Below are positions 1 to 8,204 of a stretch of DNA of 54,011 nt, one piece after another. Position 1 is the first letter of the stretch. The number at the start of each line of letters is the position of its first letter. A program made the translations under genes and the position numbers. The notes below the pieces were generated by a model. The model did no database searches. It was not told the origin of the DNA and saw nothing but the letters and a program-made list of their open reading frames with translations. This DNA comes from a virus (taxonomy: Duplodnaviria > Caudoviricetes), in the IMG/VR virus record IMGVR_UViG_3300003465_000009, positions 1 to 54,011 of that record; one strand, 5' to 3'.

Positions 1-87
1 CTTGAAGTCATGGTCGCAACGCAGGTAGTTCCTTACGGCCCTAGGCATCTCACGCATCGCCTCAACCAGCTTTCTTGCAATGCCCAT
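1..87 (-). CDS. hypothetical protein (partial, runs off window)
   Basis: ATG at 87, two nt past the stop of 90..440; MGIARKLVEAMREMPRAVRNYLRCDHDFK is open to the edge. Confidence 0.5.
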   Translation of the reverse strand, partial: MGIARKLVEAMREMPRAVRNYLRCDHDFK

Positions 88-89
88 CT

Positions 90-440
90 TTACTCCTGAA
101 CGGTACTCGAAATTCGCCTGATCGCTTCTTCAATAACTTCCCCGATTGATCCGCCATCCATCCCCAAGGCCGTTCGTAGCCGCCCAACTGGCGTTTGTGT
201 TGGATCGCGCGGCGGCGACCTGGAAACACAGTCGTTGACAATGCGGTCGATTTCCTCCTCGTCTTTGCGATAGCGGTCGATTACCTCATCTGCCCGCAGG
301 AGAAGATTCGCGGCCACCTTCAATTGCATGACCAGCCCGCTCTTGTCGGCAAACTGTGGCATTTCAGCGAGCCTCAGTAATGCAGAGGCACCACCTTTGC
401 GGTCGTCTCCAACGGCTGGCAACTCTTGTGCGATTCCCAT
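90..440 (-). CDS. hypothetical protein
   Basis: 116 aa ORF tightly packed in the minus-strand operon. Confidence 0.65.
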   Translation of the reverse strand: MGIAQELPAVGDDRKGGASALLRLAEMPQFADKSGLVMQLKVAANLLLRADEVIDRYRKDEEEIDRIVNDCVSRSPPRDPTQTPVGRLRTALGMDGGSIGEVIEEAIRRISSTVQE

Positions 441-443
441 AGA

Positions 444-800
444 TCACCTTTCGTTTATGCGAACCTCAAATCTGATATCCTCGCTGGCCGCACTATCACC
501 GTTGCAACGCGGCTCCATCACTATCAAGCCATCACGCAACGCCGCGACCGCGCCACCGTAGCCGCGATTGGAAGCCATGAATCGTTGGCGATTGTCCCCG
601 GTGTGCTCGCCATCATCCCGAGCGACCCATTCGTAGGAAGCATCTTCGGGATGTCCGATCACCGCCAGCCAACCGCACCATCCGACGCGGACAAAATGCA
701 GGATCACGGATTCCTTGATGTCGATGTACTTGAAACCGCGATAGGCAAACAGTTTGCGGATTTCTTCGATGGTCGGGTTTGTTTGTGTTTGAGTTGCCAT
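444..800 (-). CDS. hypothetical protein
   Basis: 118 aa, GGGAG upstream, operon packing. Confidence 0.65.
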   Translation of the reverse strand: MATQTQTNPTIEEIRKLFAYRGFKYIDIKESVILHFVRVGWCGWLAVIGHPEDASYEWVARDDGEHTGDNRQRFMASNRGYGGAVAALRDGLIVMEPRCNGDSAASEDIRFEVRINER

Positions 801-921
801 CCCAGATACGCTCCCAGAAGATTCACCTTAAAATGCCACGCGGCACCGTTAGATGCCGGTGGCATCGGGCTACCCTAGGCGCTAACGCACCGTTGCCCTG
901 GGCTTCACAAAAAAGTAATCG

Positions 922-1143
922 CTATGCCGTCGCCGGCGTGAAATCGATGTAATACTCCTTGTTGATCTCGAATTGCTCCAACGCTGACGGGTTGTCGATT
1001 CCCATTTTGATGTCGCCCCACGGCGTAGCCTTTGTGAAACGAGCATTCTCAGCATCCCGCTTCTCGTCCGGCTCATAGACTGTGGTGAAATGGACCTCGT
1101 TACCAGTCTTCGCGTTGCAACGCACCTTAGAACGAACTGCCAT
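922..1143 (-). CDS. small phage hypothetical protein
   Basis: AGGAGG RBS; ENARFTKATPWG...EYYIDFTPA resembles a common small phage protein family. Confidence 0.8.
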   Translation of the reverse strand: MAVRSKVRCNAKTGNEVHFTTVYEPDEKRDAENARFTKATPWGDIKMGIDNPSALEQFEINKEYYIDFTPATA

Positions 1144-1160
1144 AATCCAACCTCCTAAAG

Positions 1161-1349
1161 TTAATCCTCGAACCCTCTACGCATGATCTCTGCGTCGGTC
1201 AGCCGTGTGCTAATGGACCGACCTTGATCTATCGCTCTTGGTTCCGGCTCCGGCTTCTCCGGCTTGTCTGGGCATTTGTGGGAACACTTATCGTCCCAGT
1301 CCTTGTATTTGTGATTGCAGACCACGCAAAACAACGCTTCAAAGGTCAT
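1161..1349 (-). CDS. small Cys-containing hypothetical protein
   Basis: CxxC and CxxxC motifs, operon packing. Confidence 0.55.
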   Translation of the reverse strand: MTFEALFCVVCNHKYKDWDDKCSHKCPDKPEKPEPEPRAIDQGRSISTRLTDAEIMRRGFED

Positions 1350-1374
1350 AAAACACCGTCCCCACCCAAAGATG

Positions 1375-1641
1375 TCAGGCCGCTTCGATCAACTCGCGAA
1401 GCTGGCTTGTTTGGCCCGGCGTGAGAGAAGAGATACCTGTTTCCCTGTCCAACACCTTGTTGGCAAGCCACGGCAAACTGTACTGAAGCGGAGTCAATTT
1501 CAATTTCGCCACTTCATCCCGTAGGGCGTCTCGCTCTTTATCTCGCAGGCCGATCAATCCGGCTAATTGGTCAATCGTGTCGAATTCAATCGTAATTTTC
1601 ATCTTACCTATCCCTAAATCATTGCTTCGCAGCACGGGCAA
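1375..1641 (-). CDS. hypothetical protein (start may be internal, MKITIEF)
   Basis: ORF in operon with a short coiled-coil. Confidence 0.6.
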   Translation of the reverse strand: MPVLRSNDLGIGKMKITIEFDTIDQLAGLIGLRDKERDALRDEVAKLKLTPLQYSLPWLANKVLDRETGISSLTPGQTSQLRELIEAA

Positions 1642-1940
1642 ATTGGCTTGCCGGTGCGACCATCAAACGCCGATGTAAAGTCGCTCGTGCTGCACCTGTC
1701 GCCGCAATGAGCGCATTTGTAAGTCCGTCCCCTTGGAAATCTCGGGGAAGGTGTAGCATCCTCAAATCCAACAAACACAAACTGACTATTCATGAATCGG
1801 TAAATTGGCCGGTTATTGGATGTCTTGGCTGGAATAAAGGTATTACCGTCTACAAAATCACGACTGAAAAACGTATCGCCGTCGTGTGGGCCACCTATAA
1901 CCGGAGCAACCTCGTTCCCATTCTCGTCAGTCGTTCTCAT
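1614..1940 (-). CDS. hypothetical protein with C-terminal Zn-finger
   Basis: GGPHDG motif; CAHC...CPCC; GAGG RBS. Confidence 0.7.
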   Translation of the reverse strand: MRTTDENGNEVAPVIGGPHDGDTFFSRDFVDGNTFIPAKTSNNRPIYRFMNSQFVFVGFEDATPSPRFPRGRTYKCAHCGDRCSTSDFTSAFDGRTGKPICPCCEAMI

Positions 1941-1980
1941 GCCTCATCCCCAGCGTTGTCTTTGTGGGTGCATCTGCTAC

Positions 1981-2247
1981 CTACCATTGCTCACCCGATA
2001 CCGAGTCGAACTCTCCTGTGGCCAGCGGATCACCGTTGCCACACGATCCGCAACGATGGCCACCGTCGTAAGGTGCTCCGCAGTGGGCGCAATATTCTGA
2101 ATCGTCGTAATCGTAAAAATCCGGCTCGCTGTCATCGCCTGCACAGTGAGTGCAGCCATTGACGTATTTGTCCAGGTCCAATAACAGATCGTCGATGTCA
2201 CCACCGCAGTGGCAGGTTAAACCGCAATCAGGGCACTGATGAGTCAT
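1981..2247 (-). CDS. Cys-rich acidic hypothetical protein
   Basis: CPDC, CHC, CTHC, CAHC, CGSC; ATGA overlap with upstream gene. Confidence 0.7.
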   Translation of the reverse strand: MTHQCPDCGLTCHCGGDIDDLLLDLDKYVNGCTHCAGDDSEPDFYDYDDSEYCAHCGAPYDGGHRCGSCGNGDPLATGEFDSVSGEQW

Positions 2248-2405
2248 GGCATCCTCAATTCCGCCTGCTCGGCCGCATTCTCCCGCGATTCGTCACAAGC
2301 CCGACATTCACAGTCGGGGTCGTCGTCCCGATGCGGACATTCAGGGCACGAGTCGCCAGTGTTCATCAACGAATCACAGTTCGGGCACCGGCTGTATTCT
2401 GGCAT
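2244..2405 (-). CDS. small Cys-rich protein (MPEYSRCPNC...)
   Basis: GAGGTG RBS before ATG 2405; CPNC, CPEC, CECxxC. Confidence 0.65.
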   Translation of the reverse strand: MPEYSRCPNCDSLMNTGDSCPECPHRDDDPDCECRACDESRENAAEQAELRMP

Positions 2406-2452
2406 TTTGCACCTCACTTTGATAAATCCCAGATATCCACCTAATAGCTGTC

Positions 2453-2674
2453 CTAGAACTCGACCATGTACATTGCTTCCGCCGCTCGTTTCAGTTCTGC
2501 CACTGGTGTTTTCTCTGAACACTCGCGGCAGTGCATGTAGCTGTTGAAGCACGAGTCGCAAACCTCTTTCCCGCACCCTGGACACGCCCACGGCTTCTCG
2601 TGTTCCCACTCCCCGCACGACTCACATTCCCAAGTTGTGCCGATGTACTTAGCCATCCGAAAGTCCCTCCACAA
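2453..2674 (-). CDS. Zn-finger protein
   Basis: four CxxC motifs; likely ATG start at MAKYIG after GGAGGG. Confidence 0.7.
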   Translation of the reverse strand: MWRDFRMAKYIGTTWECESCGEWEHEKPWACPGCGKEVCDSCFNSYMHCRECSEKTPVAELKRAAEAMYMVEF

Positions 2675-2872
2675 CTATTCCTCTGGTTCATCCTTCTTTG
2701 GCCGTCCAGCGCCTTTGGCTTCTGCCAGTCCCTTCCGTACCTTGGCCGGAAGATTCTCGAAGCCACAGTCGCGGAGCCATTCACTAACCGTCTTCCCCGA
2801 CGACTTGGCAGCAGCCTCGAAAGCCTTCCACCAGTCGTCAGGGGCCGTCACGTTACGTCGTTCGCTGGTCAT
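2675..2872 (-). CDS. ribbon-helix-helix-like DNA-binding protein
   Basis: RRNVT strand, helix WWKAFEAAAK, GKTVSEWLR helix, GRPKK tail. Confidence 0.7.
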   Translation of the reverse strand: MTSERRNVTAPDDWWKAFEAAAKSSGKTVSEWLRDCGFENLPAKVRKGLAEAKGAGRPKKDEPEE

Positions 2873-3384
2873 ATCGACTTACTCACCAACTGTTGAGCCA
2901 CTTGTCCGAAGCAATGATTTTCCACGCACCATTGAACGTAATCGTAGGCTGTGCATCCTTCGCGACCCTTTGGGTGAGGCATTGATCGCAACGACTCGCA
3001 TTTACCTCCAATAAAAGCATCCCGCAAGTCACACTCTCTCTGCCATTTCGCCTCACCGCGCTTTCGGTTGGCGGCACGTCGCTTGGCCTTCTCCTCCTCG
3101 GTCACACATTTAATCAGCCCAGAATCGCCAGTCTTGCGAATGCAATCGCAACCAACCTTAAAGTCCTTACCGTCCGCCGAACGAACACGGTAAGCATTCA
3201 TAATGCCCTGGCCGCAATAATCGCAGCTTGTGGCATTATTTGTTGTGTAGACCATCCCGCTTGACGCTCGCTCCATCTGGATCGCCGCACGCTCCGCTCC
3301 AGTCTCGACACCAATAAACCTGAACGGTGCTCGTCCTAAACCTGCTTCTTCAAACTTGTGAATCTTTGTTACCGTTGCTGTCAT
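2869..3384 (-). CDS. conserved phage Zn-binding hypothetical protein
   Basis: AAGGAG RBS; CDYCGQGI...FKVGCDCI motif. Confidence 0.8.
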   Translation of the reverse strand: MTATVTKIHKFEEAGLGRAPFRFIGVETGAERAAIQMERASSGMVYTTNNATSCDYCGQGIMNAYRVRSADGKDFKVGCDCIRKTGDSGLIKCVTEEEKAKRRAANRKRGEAKWQRECDLRDAFIGGKCESLRSMPHPKGREGCTAYDYVQWCVENHCFGQVAQQLVSKSI

Positions 3385-3408
3385 CGCGTTTCTCCTTGTG
3401 ATGCTGTA

Positions 3409-3455
3409 ATTCTACACATAATTATCGGCAACGCAAGTATTCTACACACAATTAT
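3409..3455 (-). promoter_or_regulatory. sigma70-type promoter (TTGCGT-N16-TAGAAT, TG-extended) overlapped by two 17-bp direct repeats
   Basis: ATTCTACACATAATTAT (3409-3425) and ATTCTACACACAATTAT (3439-3455), 30 bp apart. Confidence 0.6.
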
Positions 3456-3522
3456 TTTCGGAATTTGCAAAATAGTTGTAAGGCCCTATCCGTAATGGAT
3501 TCCCAGCTTTGTCCAACAACGT

Positions 3523-4569
3523 TCACGCCTCGATTCGCGCCGCTACTTCCGGTCTGCGGAACTCTGGGTACAACTTCTTCCACAATGCTGGTGCGGTTGG
3601 CTTCCCATCCAGTGCCAGGAACGCCGCACTCGACACGTCCGCAAACTCTGCCTTGATCTTCATTGCCTGAGACTTACGGTCAGGCAAACAATTAACCGCC
3701 AGATACGCTTCCTCAGTCCGAGCACTCATCGCATTGAAGGCGGCAATCAGGCTGTCACGCTCACGCCGAACCCAATCGCCGAACTCGTCGGGGATCACGG
3801 CCAACATCTCATCGAACGACTGGTTGGTTGAAAGCGCCTCCCAGATCGTCCGGCTGGACGTTCCGCATATCAGCCGATGCAGTTCGATATACCGCTGGCC
3901 CTTTACCTTGACTCGGAATCCGTTCTCAAACCGAACGACGTAGCCTTCCTGGTCGTCTGTAATGATCGACCGCAGTTCCTTAGCCGACGCATCGGGCGGC
4001 AAGCGGCGAACGACATTGAAGCCGTGTGGGGCTCTATCTAGCGGCCACTCGACACCGGTGTCGGTCTCGATCATGGCCAACAAGATCACGTCTTCGGTGT
4101 CGCCGTAGTTCACCACGATTCGATTCTCTGGATAGATGACCTCAAACAAGTAGGTCATGCCGATTACCAAGTCCGAGTAACTGTGTCGGCTTTCAAATAT
4201 CTGTCGGCCTCGCTCCGCCTGCTTGCTGGCGAATGATCCACGGGTGGCGAAGTACCAACGGCCCTCGAACCAGAAGCAAATCAGCAGCGAGCCATCGAGC
4301 TTTTCCGTGACCTCGTTGGCTAGGTGCCACGGGATCTCTGATTCCTGGTGCTCGGTATCATTGAAGAACTTGCGGAATGGGCGAGCCACGATTTCTTCGT
4401 CTGACAGGATCAGCCCGCGACATTGCAGAGTCACGTCGTCCCATAGCCGTTCAAACTGGCACCGCTGGGAATAGTTGTAAATCGAGATGGGTAGCGACGG
4501 GTGCCGCTGCTCGTTGATTGCGCCGGTTGCAACCCTGATTTCGATCTGCGTTCTATCTATGTGAGTCAT
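3523..4569 (-). CDS. T4 Rnl1 (RnlA)-family RNA ligase
   Basis: nucleotidyltransferase motif I EKLDGS, CRGLI, RPFRKFFN, ATRGSF, FE, EGYVV, RVKVK. Confidence 0.9.
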   Translation of the reverse strand: MTHIDRTQIEIRVATGAINEQRHPSLPISIYNYSQRCQFERLWDDVTLQCRGLILSDEEIVARPFRKFFNDTEHQESEIPWHLANEVTEKLDGSLLICFWFEGRWYFATRGSFASKQAERGRQIFESRHSYSDLVIGMTYLFEVIYPENRIVVNYGDTEDVILLAMIETDTGVEWPLDRAPHGFNVVRRLPPDASAKELRSIITDDQEGYVVRFENGFRVKVKGQRYIELHRLICGTSSRTIWEALSTNQSFDEMLAVIPDEFGDWVRRERDSLIAAFNAMSARTEEAYLAVNCLPDRKSQAMKIKAEFADVSSAAFLALDGKPTAPALWKKLYPEFRRPEVAARIEA

Positions 4570-4609
4570 ACTTAACCAGCTTTATCTAGTTGCTAATGTT
4601 GAACTTCTG

Positions 4610-4858
4610 TTACGAACGGTTCCTACGAGCTTCTCGTTCTTTCTTCCGCTTCTCGAAATATGCCGCAACCTGTCCGTTGCATACTGGGCAGTCCCATTGA
4701 CCTGGACCTAACTGCCTCGCCCCAACCTTGGGAACGCATTGACAGCACACGTCATGTCTGTCAGTGCAATTCATGGCGTACACAAAGTCCGGGTCATCTC
4801 CATCGGGTGCCTTACCGCACACGTCGCAAAAAGTCTCTTCGATTGTTCGCGTGCTCAT
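4610..4858 (-). CDS. Zn-finger protein
   Basis: CDVC, HDVCCQC, CPVC; AAGGTG RBS. Confidence 0.7.
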   Translation of the reverse strand: MSTRTIEETFCDVCGKAPDGDDPDFVYAMNCTDRHDVCCQCVPKVGARQLGPGQWDCPVCNGQVAAYFEKRKKEREARRNRS

Positions 4859-4864
4859 CGTCGT

Positions 4865-5212
4865 TCACCTTTCCGCAACGGTTCCTATCCGGTGTAACAC
4901 TGCCACTTGCGAATCCGCCAGGCCACGCTCTTTTGCAGCCTCTAATGCGTTCACCACCGTTTGAATCCCGTGGTGGAATACTCCAAGCGTCCCGTCAGTT
5001 CGATGACCGCCGCCGTAATCAAAGCATCCCTTGGCAATCGCCAGTGCGTCGTCGAATGCGAGCCCATCGTTTCTGGGAACTTCCGCCAGTTTCTCGCAGA
5101 ACGTCGCCAAGTCCTTGTGGGCGCCGGCATTCATCTTGTCCAAGTGTTCGTGGAGCCAACGGTTTTCGTTTTCCAACCGCTCGACTTCCGCTCGCAATGC
5201 TTTGTAATTCAT
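4865..5212 (-). CDS. hypothetical protein
   Basis: 115 aa with N-terminal coiled-coil. Confidence 0.65.
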   Translation of the reverse strand: MNYKALRAEVERLENENRWLHEHLDKMNAGAHKDLATFCEKLAEVPRNDGLAFDDALAIAKGCFDYGGGHRTDGTLGVFHHGIQTVVNALEAAKERGLADSQVAVLHRIGTVAER

Positions 5213-5261
5213 GGGTTCACCGATCTGCTAGAACTTTCGTCCGACCAATCACAGTTGCGAA

Positions 5262-6048
5262 TCACGCCTGGGTATTAGTGTTAGTATCGTGCGAGCGAAA
5301 CCCACGAATGATCTCATACAATCGCCGCTGAACTCGTTTCAGTAATGACCGCACATTCCATTTCTGCCGCTGTGGCACCTTGCGGAATTCGGGAGGCACT
5401 GGCGATGGCAGTTCCTCTATGACCGCAATCATTTCTTGATCTTCCATCGCGCCGGAAATGTAGTGACCAAGCGTCACGCTGCTGTCCGAGTGACCGAGCG
5501 ACTTCTGAGCTAGATTCAGGTTCCGTTGATGAGGCGTTTTGTATCGTTTTACTTCGGTGCCATGAGCCTTTCTGATCGAATGGAATCCCCACCAGCGAGA
5601 CTCGGGAAGGCCAGCGAGTTTCTGTAGCAAATGAAAATCGTCGTAAAGTGTGCGCCGCTGCCGGTGATACTTGGGAACACGCAAAATCACGTCCCGGTCG
5701 GGCGTCCTGATCCGCTCGATATGCTCGATCGCTTCGAGTGGCAGCCAGTGCGGTTGCGTCTTTTTGTTCTTGCCGACTTCGGGATCTGCCTGCATTACTT
5801 GGTTGTGAATGTTGGAATACTTGACGTTTATCAACTCGGTAATACGCAGACCGGCGTAGTATCCGAGCACCAGCAACGCTCGCCAATAGTCCGGCGTGTT
5901 GTAGCCATCGACCACTGGCAAGGTCATTTTCCCGGCCGCTCTGTAGAGGCTGTGAATTCCGCTCCGTCTTGGGGTCGAGATCCTTCGCCTTGATCCATCC
6001 CGGCAAGAAGTGAGACTCGAAATACTCCGGCAGTGTTGGGAATGACAT
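5262..6048 (-). pseudogene. tyrosine recombinase/integrase, internally deleted and frameshifted; catalytic domain intact (5262-5927)
   Basis: GLR, K, FHSIRK, LGHS and HY catalytic residues; an integrase-like N-terminus at 6048 joins out of frame near 5958. Confidence 0.75.
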
Positions 6049-6145
6049 GGAGTGTTGCCCGTCTCGGTGAGATCATGTTGCTACCTCCTGCGTAAATTCC
6101 TGTCTCTCAATCACGATTGCCACTTCTCCGTTGCCATGCTCAAAA

Positions 6146-6217
6146 TTGCGGGACCGGGTAACGCTCCCGGCTCGGTGAGCTTATGAGGCTCACCAGGACA
6201 CTTGCCCACCTCCCGCG
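6146..6217 (-). tRNA. tRNA-Met (CAT), initiator-like and atypical
   Basis: acceptor CGCGGGA/TCCCGCA with C1xA72 mismatch; anticodon arm TGAGC-CTCATAA-GCTCA; T arm CCGGG-AGCGTTA-CCCGG; no encoded CCA. Confidence 0.8.
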
Positions 6218-6304
6218 ATAAATAAACCGGGATCTCCATACCAATCGGATTGGCTTGATCCCGGTCGCCTCGTCAGCTACCAGCTGCCGATGCCTACAAG
6301 TCCA

Positions 6305-6856
6305 TTATCGCCGTCGGAAGAAACCACCGAACGGCTGAAACCGACTTCGACTTCTCGAACCAGACGCATTGCACGAGGCTGACGTACAGACTTCCTCGCC
6401 GGCAGTCTGATCTCCGCCAAACGCTCCGGCGTAGTAGGCGTTCCCATTGCGTCCGATCGCATACCCGAACCCACAGCGACTGACTCGCGAGTACAGCCAA
6501 GAGCGATGCGGCGGTGAGTTGAGCCACAAGCGAAATCCCGCGTTGTAGCTTCTATCGACACCCGAATACGCGATGACTTGCTCACCGCCTCCATGTTGCA
6601 TGACGCCGCGAGACGCCATCACTTCCGCCCAGCGTTGGGCGACTTGCGATAGTCGTTCATCCGTCGCTTGAGCCGGCAAACCGGCCTCGGCTCGAAACTG
6701 ATTGTGCAACTGAGCCATCGCCTCCGAATGACTGACAGGCTTTATCACAGGCGCGGAATCCGCGACTGAGTCATCGCCCTTCGACGTCGAGCACTGCAGA
6801 ATCACAATCGGTAACAGAATCGCAATCGCCACCATTAACTCGAACTTCCATTTCAT
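6305..6856 (-). CDS. secreted CAP/SCP-domain protein
   Basis: signal peptide; HNQFRA, LSQVAQRWA, MQH, GE, WLNSPPHR, GFG motifs. Confidence 0.85.
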   Translation of the reverse strand: MKWKFELMVAIAILLPIVILQCSTSKGDDSVADSAPVIKPVSHSEAMAQLHNQFRAEAGLPAQATDERLSQVAQRWAEVMASRGVMQHGGGEQVIAYSGVDRSYNAGFRLWLNSPPHRSWLYSRVSRCGFGYAIGRNGNAYYAGAFGGDQTAGEEVCTSASCNASGSRSRSRFQPFGGFFRRR

Positions 6857-6992
6857 TGCATTCTTCCTTGCCAAAAAAAGCGTTGAAAAAACAGCCCGCC
6901 GCCTACCGCGTATCGGCAGTTAGGGCAACGTCATCTTCGACTTCCACGCGGTGCAAATTCATCCTTGTCCATCCAGCAACGCTAGATGATTA

Positions 6993-7352
6993 CTAGGCGG
7001 GAGTTGGTTCCGGTGTTGGCTCAGGATTGGGAACTGGAGCTGGCTTTTCTTCGGGCGCTCCGAAGTTCAAGCTCATTACGACCGCCTCGCCAGCAACGAC
7101 CTCGATCGTCTCGGTGCCAAGCAAGAGCTTTTCGCCATCACCGATCCGAGCGTCGGCCTCGGCATTCAACTGGGCCGTTCCGACCTTGCCGGTCGACTGA
7201 ACCAAAAAACTTCCGTCGCCGAGACTCGACACAGTGACAACCGACTCATCGCTCGATTGCAACCGGACATTCTCGACCGGAGCTGGATTACCCGCTCCGC
7301 TTTGTGCGCTAAAACCTACGCGCACCTGCTGCGTATCCGTCAATCTAAACAT
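6993..7352 (-). CDS. hypothetical beta-rich (Ig-like) protein
   Basis: AGGAG RBS; SSDESVVTV motif; Pro-rich tail. Confidence 0.7.
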   Translation of the reverse strand: MFRLTDTQQVRVGFSAQSGAGNPAPVENVRLQSSDESVVTVSSLGDGSFLVQSTGKVGTAQLNAEADARIGDGEKLLLGTETIEVVAGEAVVMSLNFGAPEEKPAPVPNPEPTPEPTPA

Positions 7353-7356
7353 CCTG

Positions 7357-7614
7357 CTACTCCTGCGGTCCCGACTCCATTGGAATGGGCCGCTCCGACA
7401 CGGGACCAAAGTTAAACCGGAGCGACTCCTGTGACTGCTTCGCCAGCTGGGCCATGTAGTAAAAGACCCAGCGGCCGAACGGTCCCCACTGACGCCAGCG
7501 CCATTGACCCTTAGTGCTCGTGACGGTCCAGCCTTCTTTGATGCGAGTGTCTAGCTCGCGTAGAAATTGCGCGCCGTCCGTCGCTTCCACACTCAGAGCC
7601 TCGTCCGCTGCCAT
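7357..7614 (-). CDS. hypothetical protein
   Basis: AAAGGA RBS before ATG 7614; packed against the next gene. Confidence 0.55.
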   Translation of the reverse strand: MAADEALSVEATDGAQFLRELDTRIKEGWTVTSTKGQWRWRQWGPFGRWVFYYMAQLAKQSQESLRFNFGPVSERPIPMESGPQE

Positions 7615-7697
7615 AGCGAGTCCTTTCGATACCGTGCCTTTGATGCCCGGTAGTTCGATGCATTTGGTTGGATATTGGAAAATGTATTTAGAAATTT

Positions 7698-8204
7698 TCA
7701 AGCCGTTAAATTCGCGACTTTGTGTTTGTTCAAAAACCACAGCAGCAACCCAGCTGCATCACAGGCGTCGAGACCTCTGTCCGCGTCGACATTGATTTGC
7801 CGCCACTTCATAGCAACGATCTGCGCGCGTTTCGCCTTGGGAGTGTTGGCTGTCCATTCAGACTCAAGCACTGGTAGCAGATAAGACTCCGGGAGAGTGC
7901 GCGCAATGGCCTCGTAGATCCTGCCGCAAGCCACGCCGTATGTAGACAACCCATGCCCCTTACCTTTAATGCGGCCGTGAACCTTACCGCCGGGCATTTC
8001 GATCAGAATCACATCCGGCTTCACCTCATTCGCCAAGTCGATGACATCCAAAATGATCTGATCCATTCTCAGCATCGCCGACACTAGCTTCGGCGACGGA
8101 CGGATCATGCCTGCGTCAAGCAACTTTTCGTTAAACGTGGCCACCGCGTATCCGCAAACGGACGATGACGGATCTAACGCAAGGATGATGTTTGTTTCGT
8201 TCAA
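7698..8204 (-). CDS. RuvC-like Holliday junction resolvase
   Basis: ILALDPSSSVCGYA, ILIE, DACDA acidic catalytic pattern. Confidence 0.8.
   Translation of the reverse strand: MNETNIILALDPSSSVCGYAVATFNEKLLDAGMIRPSPKLVSAMLRMDQIILDVIDLANEVKPDVILIEMPGGKVHGRIKGKGHGLSTYGVACGRIYEAIARTLPESYLLPVLESEWTANTPKAKRAQIVAMKWRQINVDADRGLDACDAAGLLLWFLNKHKVANLTA

Noticed and set aside
5314-6048. 244-aa ORF as an independent gene
   Set aside because: Only the first 30 or so codons look like real protein (integrase N-terminus); the rest is an alternate frame over the catalytic domain.
6880-6990. Second tRNA or ribozyme in this intergenic gap
   Set aside because: Only a CCGCGT/ACGCGG stem and a weak terminator-like end were found; there is no cloverleaf or recognisable catalytic core.
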